DNA of 64,000 bases, taken from the NCBI GenBank assembly GCA_002269645.1, contig NIVC01002865.1:62001-126000 (forward strand), in the 5' to 3' direction. The notes under the pieces were generated by a model. The model saw only the letters and a program-made list of their open reading frames with translations, had not been told where the DNA came from and did no database searches. The stretch comes from Macrostomum lignano (taxonomy: Eukaryota). Of this stretch, positions 1 to 12,200 are shown piece after piece (the first letter of the stretch is position 1; each line of letters starts with the position of its first letter). Made by a program: the position numbers and the translations under genes.

Positions 1-160
1 GACACTGAGACAGACACTGAGACAGACACTGAGACAGACACTGAGGCAGACACCAAGGCAGACACTGAGACAGACACTGAGACAGACACTGAGACAGACA
101 GACACTGAGACAGACACCAAAACAGACACTAAGGCAGAGACACTGAGGCAACACTGAGAC
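1..160. repeat. 12-bp tandem repeat (GACACTGAGACA)n, intronic
   Basis: Directly visible period-12 repeat that degenerates toward 160; lies upstream of the first visible PAS exon. Confidence 0.85.
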
Positions 161-238
161 ATACATTAATACAGGCAATAGAAATCGCCCCCCCCCCTAT
201 ACAGCAAAAGTCAACCTGACCCCTCCATTGTTTCGCAG

Positions 239-3200
239 AAGTCCTCCCTGCAAGGCTTCCTACTGGTAGTCGAGTGCGACAGAGGCAGAATACTCGGCGC
301 CGCTAACTGCAGCAATAACGGAATTCTCGGCGCCACCGTCAACTCGGTAGGTTTTTCGACTCTCTCCTATATATTCAATTAAATTGCTTGAAAGACAGTA
401 TATCACGTGACTACAGCCAGTCGCCTACCACCTTCCAACGCTTTCGCTGTCCAATAAATAAGCTTCAATCATGTCACGTGACTTAGCCAGTCGCCCACCT
501 CCCTCCAACGCTTTCGCTGTCCAATAAATAAGCTTCAATCATGTCACGTGACTTAGCCAGTCGCCCACCTCCCTCCAACGCTTTCGCTGTCCAATAAATA
601 AGCTTCAATCATGTCACGTGACTTAGCCAGTCGCCCACCTCCCTCCAACGCTTTCGCTGTCCAATAAATAAGCTTCAATCATGTCACGTGACTTAGCCAG
701 TCGCCCACCTCCCTCCAACGCTTTCGCTGTCCAATAAATAAGCTTCAATCATGTCACGTGACTTAGCCAGTCGCCCACCTCCCTCCAACGCTTTCGCTGT
801 CCAATAAATAAGCTTCAATCATGTCACGTGACTTAGCCAGTCGCCCACCTCCCTCCAACGCTTTCGCTGTCCAATAAATAAGCTTCAATCGTGTCACGTG
901 ACTTCAGCAAATCACCCACCCCAGCTCTTCTACTCAATATTTTACAAGTCTCGCACCAGATCACGTGACCATAAAAGCTATACGCCGCCCACCCACCTCC
1001 CTTCCCCCTTCCGTCTGTCTGCCCAGTCGGACCTGATTGGCCAGTGCCTATTAGACTTGGTGCACCCGCGAGACGCGGATCTAGTTCGTCAAGAGCTGAC
1101 TGTGCCGGATCTGCCCAGCCTTCAACAGCAGCAGCAGCAGCGCCAAGGCTTCTCCACCGACAGGCTGGGCAGCTGCGGGCTTCGTCGGAGATTCTTTTGT
1201 CGATTTCGGCATCCCGGCGGATCGGCAGCTGGCGGCGGACTGCTTGGGGTCGCTTCGAAACGCAGGGGCGGTGAGTTTTGGTCGCCCGGGGAGGGGTGAG
1301 GGAGAGGGGGAGAAATGAGATGGAGAGAGCTGGAGAGTAAAAGTATAATGAAGGGGGAGGGAGAGGAGAGTGAAGGGAGAGAGTGATGATAGAGTGATGA
1401 TAGAGTGAAGGGAGAGTGAGGGGAGAGTGAAGGTAGAGTGAAGTGCTAGGTGACAAAAGAAAACATGAATCTGTTAGTAAGTCATGTTTGGTCACTGTCT
1501 TCAGTATTTATACAGTGTTTATGTATATCAAAGTTTTCTTGCTTGAAGCCGAAGGCGCAGATGTTTGTTGGAGTCGAATAAGAGAACTTTGCTCACTGAC
1601 AGTTAAGGTTACAGCGCCACATAGATCAAAGCCAGCCGCCTGCTGTTATACAAATATTTAAGCTTAGAAACACAGGCTCTAAGCAACCAAAACTGAGCCA
1701 CTTTTTCGTCCTAAAGTTTGAACTTCGATTAGATGATATTGCATAAATGCAGATGTGCATGAAATCTCGTGGATAAACATCGGTTGTATCAACTTAACCG
1801 ATAAAAAACAAGGTACCAGGTACTTTATCACTACCATTTTGTGTCAGGAGCGCCATGATTGTGTCAGAAGTACCATAGTTGTGTCAGAAGTACCATAGTT
1901 GTGTCAGGAGTACCATAGTTGTGTCAGGATCCTGTTTGAGCGCGTGTGAGCGCGTGAGCGCGTGTCTGTGTACAGTATTGGCGCGCTTGTCTGTGCTCAG
2001 AAGTCAGCTGAATGGGCAGAATTGCCTCGGCGCTGGTTGTGGGACAATGTCCGCAGAAGGCGTTGCGCCAGGGTGCCTGCAGCCCTCCTTGCAACTATTG
2101 ATATAAGCGTGTACCCTGAATGTGTAAAGTTCAGCTTTCCAACATTGAAAAGTCACATGAGTCAACTCGGAGTTGACAGAAAGTTCAAATGACACTATTC
2201 CTGACAGACTCACGCACTATCTGGGGCGGAGAGGCGTCAGGCCTCCAAAGTTCGAAAAAGCTGGTCAATAAGACGCGGAGTTCGTTCCCAACGCACGGCT
2301 CGCCAAGAGTTTAAGGCTGTGCAAACACTCCGGCATAGCATTTGGTTTGCAAACAGCTTTCTACGATTTTTTTACTGTCACTGTCTGCAGCTTGGAGCAA
2401 AAAAGTTACACTGTGTAGGTTGTACTTGTAGTTCATTTTTATTTTTTAGCGCTGGCACACGTGACTCCACTTTGCTATGGCTGGCAGCGAACAGCTCTGT
2501 TTAAGCTCTGCTAGGGGCCTAGTTGTGGGGTTTTAAACAGAAATAGTTCTTAAACAAAACAAAACTTAAACATCTGCAACTCAATTGAAAAATCTGAATA
2601 TCAATTTAAACATCTTAATATCAATTTAAACATCCGAAGATCAATTTAAACATCCGAATATCAATTTAAACATCTGAATATCAATTTAAACATCTTAATA
2701 TCAATTTAAACATCCGAAGATCAATTTAAACATCCGAATATCAATTTAAACATCTGAATATCAATTTAAACATCTGAATATCAATTTAAACATCCGAAGA
2801 TCAATTTAAACATCCGAATATCAATTTAAACATCCGAATATCAATTTAAACATCTGAATATCAATTTAAACATCTGAAAATCAGTTCAAACATTTCAAGA
2901 TCAATTTAAGCATCTGATGATCAATTTAAACATCTGAGTATCAATATAAACATCTGAAAATCAATTTAAATACCTGAAGATCAATTTAACATCTTAATAT
3001 CAATTTAAACATCTAAACATCAATTTAAACATCTGAAGATCAATTTAAACATCTGAAGATCAATTTAAACATCTGAAGATCAAATTAAACATCTGAAGAT
3101 CAAATTAAACATCTGAAGATCAAATTAAACATCTGAAGATCAAATTAAACATCTGAAGATCAAATTAAACATCTGAAGATCAAATTAAACATCTAAAGAT

Positions 3201-6200
3201 CAAATTAAACATCTGAAGATCAAATTAAACATCTGAAGATCAAATTAAACATCTGAAGATCGAATTAAACATATGAAGATCAAATTAAACATCTGAAGAT
3301 CAAATTAAACATCTGAAGATCAAATTAAACATATGAAGATCAAATTAAACATCTGAAGATCAAATTAAACATCTGAAGATCGAATTAAACATCTGAAGAT
3401 CAAATTAAACATCTGAAGATCAAATTAAACATCTGAAGATCGAATTAAACATCTGAAGATCAAATCCTATATACTAAAAATGAAAATCTTGCTTGCTTGC
3501 TTGCTTGTAATCGATTAGAGAAAAAATGGCTTAACCGATTTTCATGAGACTTGCACTGTTCGATCAGAAATTTTCCCGTGACAGTACATGCATCGTGGCT
3601 AAGGACAAAAGGCGTCATGTAAAAAAGCATAGAAGCGTCATGTAAACAATCATAGAATCGTCATGTAAACAATCATAGAAGCGTCATGTAAAAAATAATA
3701 GAAGCGCATTGTAAAAAATCATAGAAGCGTCATGTAAACAATCATAGAAGCGTCATGTAAAAAATCATAGAAGCGTCATGTAAACAATCATAGAATCGTC
3801 ATGTAAACAATCATAGAAGCGTCATGTAAAAAATCATAGAAGCGTCATGTAAAAAATCATAGAAGCGTCATGTAAAAAATCATAGAAGCGTCATGTAAAA
3901 AATCATAGAAACGTCATGTAAACAATCATAGAAGCGTCATGTAAAAAATCATAGAAGCGTCATGTAAAAAATCATAGAAGCGTCATGTAAAAAATCATAG
4001 AAGCGTCATGTAAAAAATCATAGAAGCGTCATGTAAACAATCATAGAAGCGTCATGTAAAAAAAATCATAGAATCGTCATGTAAAAAATCATAGAAGCGT
4101 CATGTAAAAAATCATAGAAGCGTCATGTAAAAAATCATAGAAGCGTCATGTAAAAAATCATAGAAGCGTCATGTAAACAATTATAGAATCGTCATGTAAA
4201 AAATAATAGAAGCGTCATGTAAAAAATCATAGAAGCGTCATGTAAACAATCATAGAATCGTCATGTAAAAAATCATAGAAGCGTCATGTAAAAAATCATA
4301 GAAGCGTCATGTAAAAAATCATAGAAGCGTCATGGAAAAAATCATAGAATCGTCATGTAAACAATCATAGAAGCGTCATGTAAAAAATCATAGAAGCGTC
4401 ATGTAAACAATCATAGAAGCGTCATGTAAAAAATAATAGAAGCGCATTGTAAAAAATCATAGAAGCGTCATGTAAAAAATCATAGAAGCGTCATGTAAAA
4501 AATCATAGAAGCGTCATGTAAAAAATCATAGAAACGTCATGTAAACAATTATAGAATCGTCATGTAAAAAATAATAGAAGCGTCATGTAAAAAATCATAG
4601 AAGCGTCATGTAAAAAATCATAGAAGCGTCATGTAAAAAAATCATAGAATCGTCATGTAAACAATCATAGAATCGTCATGTAAACAATCATAGAAGCGTC
4701 ATGTAAAAAATAATAGAAGCGCATTGTAAAAAATCATAGAAGCGTCATGTAAAAAATCATAGAAGCGTCATGTAAACAATCATAGAAGCGTCATGTAAAC
4801 AATCATAGAATCGTCATGTAAACAATCATAGAAGCGTCATGTAAACAATCATAGAATCGTCATGTAAAAAATCATAGAAGCGTCATGTAAACAATCATAG
4901 AAGCGTCATGTAAACAATCATAGAAGCGTCATGTAAACAATCATAGAATCGTCATGTAAACAATCATAGAAGCGTCATGTAAAAAATCATAGAAGCGTCA
5001 TGTAAAAAATCATAGAAGCGTCATGTAAACAATCATAGAAGCGTCATGTAAACAATCATAGAAGCGTCATGTAAAAAATCATAGAAGCGTCATGTAAACA
5101 ATCATAGAAGCGTCATGTAAAAAATCATAGAAGCGTCATGTAAACAATCATAGAAGCGTCATGTAAACAATCATAGAAGCGTCATGTAAACAATCATAGA
5201 AGCGTCATGTAAAAAATCATAGAAGCGTCATGTAAAAAATCATAGAAGCGTCATGTAAAAAATCATAGAAGCGTCATGTAAAAAATCATAGAAGCGTCAT
5301 GTAAAAAATCATAGAAGCGTCATGTAAACAATCATAGAAGCGTCATGTAAACAATCATAGAAGCGTCATGTAAAAAATCATAGAAGCGTCATGTAAAAAA
5401 TCATAGAAGCGTCATGTAAACAATCATAGAAGCGTCATGTAAACAATCATAGAAGCGTCATGTAAAAAATCATAGAAGCGTCATGTAAACAATCATAGAA
5501 GCGTCATGTAAAAAATCATAGAAGCGTCATGTAAACAATCATAGAAGCGTCATGTAAACAATCATAGAAGCGTCATGTAAACAATCATAGAAGCGTCATG
5601 TAAAAAATCATAGAAGCGTCATGTAAAAAATCATAGAAGCGTCATGTAAAAAATCATAGAAGCGTCATGTAAAAAATCATAGAAGCGTCATGTAAAAAAT
5701 CATAGAAGCGTCATGTAAACAATCATAGAAGCGTCATGTAAAAAATCATAGAAGCGTCATGTAAAAAATCATAGAAGCGTCATGTAAAAAATCATAGAAG
5801 CGTCATGTAAAAAATCATAGAAGCGTCATGTAAAAAATCATAGAAGCGTCATGTAAAAAATCATAGAAGCGTCATGTAAACAATCATAGAAGCGTCATGT
5901 AAAAAATCATAGAAGCGTCATGTAAAAAATCATAGAAGCGTCATGTAAACAATCATAGAAGCGTCATGTAAAAAATCATAGAAGCGTCATGTAAACAATC
6001 ATAGAATCGTCATGTAAACAATCATAGAAGCGTCATGTAAAAAATAATAGAAGCGTCATGTAAACAATCATAGAAGCGTCATGTAAAAAATAATAGAAGC
6101 GTCATGTAAACAATCATAGAAGCGTCATGTAAGCAATCATAGAAGCGTCATGTAAAAAATCATAGAAGCGTCATGGAAAAAATCATAGAAGCGTCATGTA

Positions 6201-9200
6201 AACAATCATAGAAGCGTCATGTAAAAAATCATAGAAGCGTCATGTAAACAATCATAGAAGCGTCATGTAAACAATCATAGAAGCGTCATGTAAAAAATAT
6301 AGAAGCGTCATGTAAAAATCATAGAAGCGTCATGTAAACAATCATAGAAGCGTCATGTAAACAATCATAGAAGCGTCATGTAAAAATCATAGAAGCGTCA
6401 TGTAAACAATCATAGAAGCGTCATGTAAAAAATCATAGAAGCGTCATGTAAAAAATCATAGAAGCGTCATGTAAAAAATCATAGAAGCGTCATGTAAAAA
6501 ATCATAGAAGCGTCATGTAAAAAATCATAGAAGCGTCATGTAAAAATCATAGAAGCGTCATGTAAAAAATCATAGAAGCGTCATGTAAAAAATCATAGAA
6601 GCGTCATGTAAAAAATCATAGAAGCGTCATGTAAAAAATCATAGAAGCGTCATGTAAACAATCATAGAAGCGTCATGTAAACAATCATAGAAGCGTCATG
6701 TAAAAATCATAGAAGCGTCATGTAAACAATCATAGAAGCGTCATGTAAAAAATCATAGAAGCGTCATGTAAAATCATAGAAGCGTCATGTAAAAAATCAT
6801 AGAAGCGTCATGTAAAAAATCATAGAAGCGTCATGTAAACAATCATAGAAGCGTCATGTAAAAAATCATAGAAGCGTCATGTAAACAATCATAGAAGCGT
6901 CATGTAAACAATCATAGAAGCGTCATGTAAAAAATCATAGAAGCGTCATGTAAACAATCATAGAAGCGTCATGTAAACAATCATAGAAGCGTCATGTAAA
7001 AAATCATAGAAGCGTCATGTAAAAAATCATAGAAGCGTCATGTAAACAATCATAGAAGCGTCATGTAAACAATCATAGAAGCGTCATGTAAAAAATCATA
7101 GAAGCGTCATGTAAACAATCATAGAAGCGTCATGTAAAAAATCATAGAAGCGTCATGTAAACAATCATAGAAGCGTCATGTAAAAATCATAGAAGCGTCA
7201 TGTAAAAAATCATAGAAGCGTCATGTAAAAAATCATAGAAGCGTCATGTAAAAAATCATAGAAGCGTCATGTAAAAATCATAGAAGCGTCATGTAAAAAT
7301 CATAGAAGCGTCATGTAAAAAATCATAGAAGCGTCATGTAAAAATCATAGAAGCGTCATGTAAACAATCATAGAAGCGTCATGTAAACAATCATAGAAGC
7401 GTCATGTAAAAAATCATAGAAGCGTCATGTAAAATAGAAGCGTCATGTAAAAATCATAGAAGCGTCATGTAAAAATCATAGAAGCGTCATGTAAAAAATC
7501 ATAGAAGCGTCATGTAAAAATCATAGAAGCGTCATGTAAAAAATCATAGAAGCGTCATGTAAAAATCATAGAAGCGTCATGTAAACAATCATAGAAGCGT
7601 CATGTAAACAATCATAGAAGCGTCATGTAAACAATCATAGAAGCGTCATGTAAAAAATCATAGAAGCGTCATGTAAACAATCATAGAAGCGTCATGTAAA
7701 CAATCATAGAAGCGTCATGTAAAAAATCATAGAAGCGTCATGTAAAAAATCATAGAAGCGTCATGTAAACAATCATAGAAGCGTCATGTAAACAATCATA
7801 GAAGCGTCATGTAAAAAATCATAGAAGCGTCATGTAAAAATCATAGAAGCGTCATGTAAAAAATCATAGAAGCGTCATGTAAAAAATCATAGAAGCGTCA
7901 TGTAAACAATCATAGAAGCGTCATGTAAAAAATCATAGAAGCGTCATGTAAAAAATCATAGAAGCGTCATGTAAAAAATCATAGAAGCGTCATGTAAAAA
8001 TCATAGAAGCGTCATGTAAAAAATCATAGAAGCGTCATGTAAAGATCATAGAAGCGTCATGTAAAAAATCATAGAAGCGTCATGTAAAAAATCATAGAAG
8101 CGTCATGTAAAAAATCATAGAAGCGTCATGTAAACAATCATAGAAGCGTCATGTAAAAAATCATAGAAGCGTCATGTAAAAAATCATAGAAGCGTCATGT
8201 AAACAATCATAGAAGCGTCATGTAAAAAATCATAGAAGCGTCATGTAAACAATCATAGAAGCGTCATGTAAACAATCATAGAAGCGTCATGTAAAAAATC
8301 ATAGAAGCGTCATGTAAAAAATCATAGAAGCGTCATGTAAACAATCATAGAAGCGTCATGTAAACAATCATAGAAGCGTCATGTAAAAAATCATAGAAGC
8401 GTCATGTAAACAATCATAGAAGCGTCATGTAAAAATCATAGAAGCGTCATGTAAAAAATCATAGAAGCGTCATGTAAAAATCATAGAAGCGTCATGTAAA
8501 AAATCATAGAAGCGTCATGTAAAAAATCATAGAAGCGTCATGTAAAAATCATAGAAGCGTCATGTAAAAATCATAGAAGCGTCATGTAAAAAATCATAGA
8601 AGCGTCATGTAAAAAATCATAGAAGCGTCATGTAAAAAATCATAGAAGCGTCATGTAAAAATCATAGAAGCGTCATGTAAACAATCATAGAAGCGTCATG
8701 TAAAAAATCATAGAAGCGTCATGTAAAAATCATAGAAGCGTCATGTAAAAATCATAGAAGCGTCATGTAAAAAATCATAGAAGCGTCATGTAAACAATCA
8801 TAGAAGCGTCATGTAAAAAATCATAGAAGCGTCATGTAAAAAATCATAGAAGCGTCATGTAAACAATCATAGAAGCGTCATGTAAAAAATCATAGAAGCG
8901 TCATGTAAAAATCATAGAAGCGTCATGTAAACAATCATAGAAGCGTCATGTAAAAAATCATAGAAGCGTCATGTAAAAATCATAGAAGCGTCATGTAAAC
9001 AATCATAGAAGCGTCATGTAAAAATCATAGAAGCGTCATGTAAAAATCATAGAAGCGTCATGTAAACAATCATAGAAGCGTCATGTAAAAAATCATAGAA
9101 GCGTCATGTAAAAATCATAGAAGCGTCATGTAAACAATCATAGAAGCGTCATGTAAAAATCATAGAAGCGTCATGTAAAAAATCATAGAAGCGTCATGTA

Positions 9201-12200
9201 AAAATCATAGAAGCGTCATGTAAAAATCATAGAAGCGTCATGTAAAAATCATAGAAGCGTCATGTAAAAAATCATAGAAGCGTCATGTAAAAATCATAGA
9301 AGCGTCATGTAAAAATCATAGAAGCGTCATGTAAAAATCATAGAAGCGTCATGTAAACAATCATAGAAGCGTCATGTAAAAAATCATAGAAGCGTCATGT
9401 AAAAATCATAGAAGCGTCATGTAAACAATCATAGAAGCGTCATGTAAAAATCATAGAAGCGTCATGTAAAAATCATAGAAGCGTCATGTAAAAAATCATA
9501 GAAGCGTCATGTAAAAATCATAGAAGCGTCATGTCAAAAATCACAGAAGCGTCATGTCAATCATAGAATCGTCATGTAAAAATCATAGAAGCGTCATGTA
9601 AAAATCATAGAAGCGTCATGTAAAAAATCATAGAAGCGTCATGTAAAAAATCATAGAAGCGTCATGTAAAAATCATAGAAGCGTCATGTAAAAATCATAG
9701 AAGCGTCATGTAAAAAATCATAGAAGCGTCATGTAAACAATCATAGAAGCGTCATGTAAAAAATCATAGAAGCGTCATGTAAAAAATCATAGAAGCGTCA
9801 TGTAAAAAATCATAGAAGCGTCATGTAAAAAATCATAGAAGCGTCATGTAAAAATCATAGAAGCGTCATGTAAACAATCATAGAAGCGTCATGTAAAAAA
9901 TCATAGAAGCGTCATGTAAAAATCATAGAAGCGTCATGTAAAAAATCATAGAAGCGTCATGTAAAAAATCATAGAAGCGTCATGTAAACAATCATAGAAG
10001 CGTCATGTAAAAATCATAGAAGCGTCATGTAAAAAATCATAGAAGCGTCATGTAAACAATCATAGAAGCGTCATGTAAAAAATCATAGAAGCGTCATGTA
10101 AAAATCATAGAAGCGTCATGTAAACAATCATAGAAGCGTCATGTAAAAAATCATAGAAGCGTCATGTAAAAAATCATAGAAGCGTCATGTAAACAATCAT
10201 AGAAGCGTCATGTAAAAATCATAGAAGCGTCATGTAAACAATCATAGAAGCGTCATGTAAACAATCATAGAAGCGTCATGTAAAAAATCATAGAAGCGTC
10301 ATGTAAAAATCATAGAAGCGTCATGTAAACAATCATAGAAGCGTCATGTAAAAATCATAGAAGCGTCATGTAAAAATCATAGAAGCGTCATGTAAAAATC
10401 ATAGAAGCGTCATGTAAAAATCATAGAAGCGTCATGTAAACAATCATAGAAGCGTCATGTAAAAAATCATAGAAGCGTCATGTAAAAATCATAGAAGCGT
10501 CATGTAAACAATCATAGAAGCGTCATGTAAAAATCATAGAAGCGTCATGTAAACAATCATAGAAGCGTCATGTAAAAAATCATAGAAGCGTCATGTAAAA
10601 ATCATAGAAGCGTCATGTAAACAATCATAGAAGCGTCATGTAAACAATCATAGAAGCGTCATGTAAAAATCATAGAAGCGTCATGTAAAAAATCATAGAA
10701 GCGTCATGTAAAAAAAAGAAGCGTCATGTAAAAATCATAGAAGCGTCATGTCAACATAGAAGTGTCATGTAAAAATCATAGAAGCGTCATGTAAAAAATC
10801 ATAGAAGCGTCATGTAAAAAATCATAGAAGCGTCATGTAAAAATCATAGAAGCGTCATGTAAACAATCATAGAAGCGTCATGTAAACAATCATAGAAGCG
10901 TCATGTAAACAATCATAGAAGCGTCATGTAAAAATCATAGAAGCGTCATGTAAACAATCATAGAAGCGTCATGTAAACAATCATAGAAGCGTCATGTAAA
11001 AAATCATAGAAGCGTCATGTAAAAAATCATAGAAGCGTCATGTAAACAATCATAGAAGCGTCATGTAAACAATCATAGAAGCGTCATGTAAAAAATCATA
11101 GAAGCGTCATGTAAAAAATCATAGAAGCGTCATGTAAAAAATCATAGAAGCGTCATGTAAAAAATCATAGAAGCGTCATGTAAACAATCATAGAAGCGTC
11201 ATGTAAAAAATCATAGAAGCGTCATGTAAAAAATCATAGAAGCGTCATGTAAAAAATCATAGAAGCGTCATGTAAAAAATCATAGAAGCGTCATGTAAAC
11301 AATCATAGAAGCGTCATGTAAAAAATCATAGAAGCGTCATGTAAAAAATCATAGAAGCGTCATGTAAAAAATCATAGAAGCGTCATGTAAAAAATCATAG
11401 AAGCGTCATGTAAAAAATCATAGAAACGTCATGTAAACAATCATAGAAGCGTCATGTAAAAAATCATAGAAGCGTCATGTAAAAAATCATAGAAGCGTCA
11501 TGTAAACAATCATAGAAGCGTCATGTAAAAAATCATAGAAGCGTCATGTAAACAATCATAGAAGCGTCATGTAAACAATCATAGAAGCGTCATGTAAAAA
11601 ATCATAGAAGCGTCATGTAAAAAATCATAGAAGCGTCATGTAAACAATCATAGAAGCGTCATGTAAACAATCATAGAAGCGTCATGTAAAAAATCATAGA
11701 AGCGTCATGTAAACAATCATAGAAGCGTCATGTAAAAAATCATAGAAGCGTCATGTAAAAAATCGTAGAAGCGTCATGTAAAAAATCATAGAAGCGTCAT
11801 GTAAAAAATCATAGAAGCGTCATGTAAAAAATCATAGAAGCGTCATGTAAACAATCATAGAAGCGTCATGTAAAAAATCATAGAAGCGTCATGTAAAAAA
11901 TCATAGAAGCGTCATGTAAAAATCATAGAAGCGTCATGTAAAAAATCATAGAAGCGTCATGTAAACAATCATAGAAGCGTCATGTAAACAATCATAGAAG
12001 CGTCATGTAAAAAATAATAGAAGCGTCATGTAAACAATCATAGAAGCGTCATGTAAAAAATAATAGAAGCGTCATGTAAAAAATCATAGAAGCGTCATGT
12101 AAGCAATCATAGAAGCGTCATGGAAAAAATCTTAGAAGCGTCATGGAAAAAATCATAGAATCGTCATGTAAACAATCATAGAAGCGTCATGTAAAAAATC

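Noticed and set aside
833-1495. 220-aa minus-strand ORF
   Set aside because: It is the antisense shadow of the PAS exon plus a GA-rich low-complexity tract; no domain is recognisable.
6290-10850. Zone enriched in 22-bp monomers (one A fewer)
   Set aside because: All changes are in an A homopolymer and cluster regionally, as expected from long-read consensus error. Not claimed as biology without raw reads.
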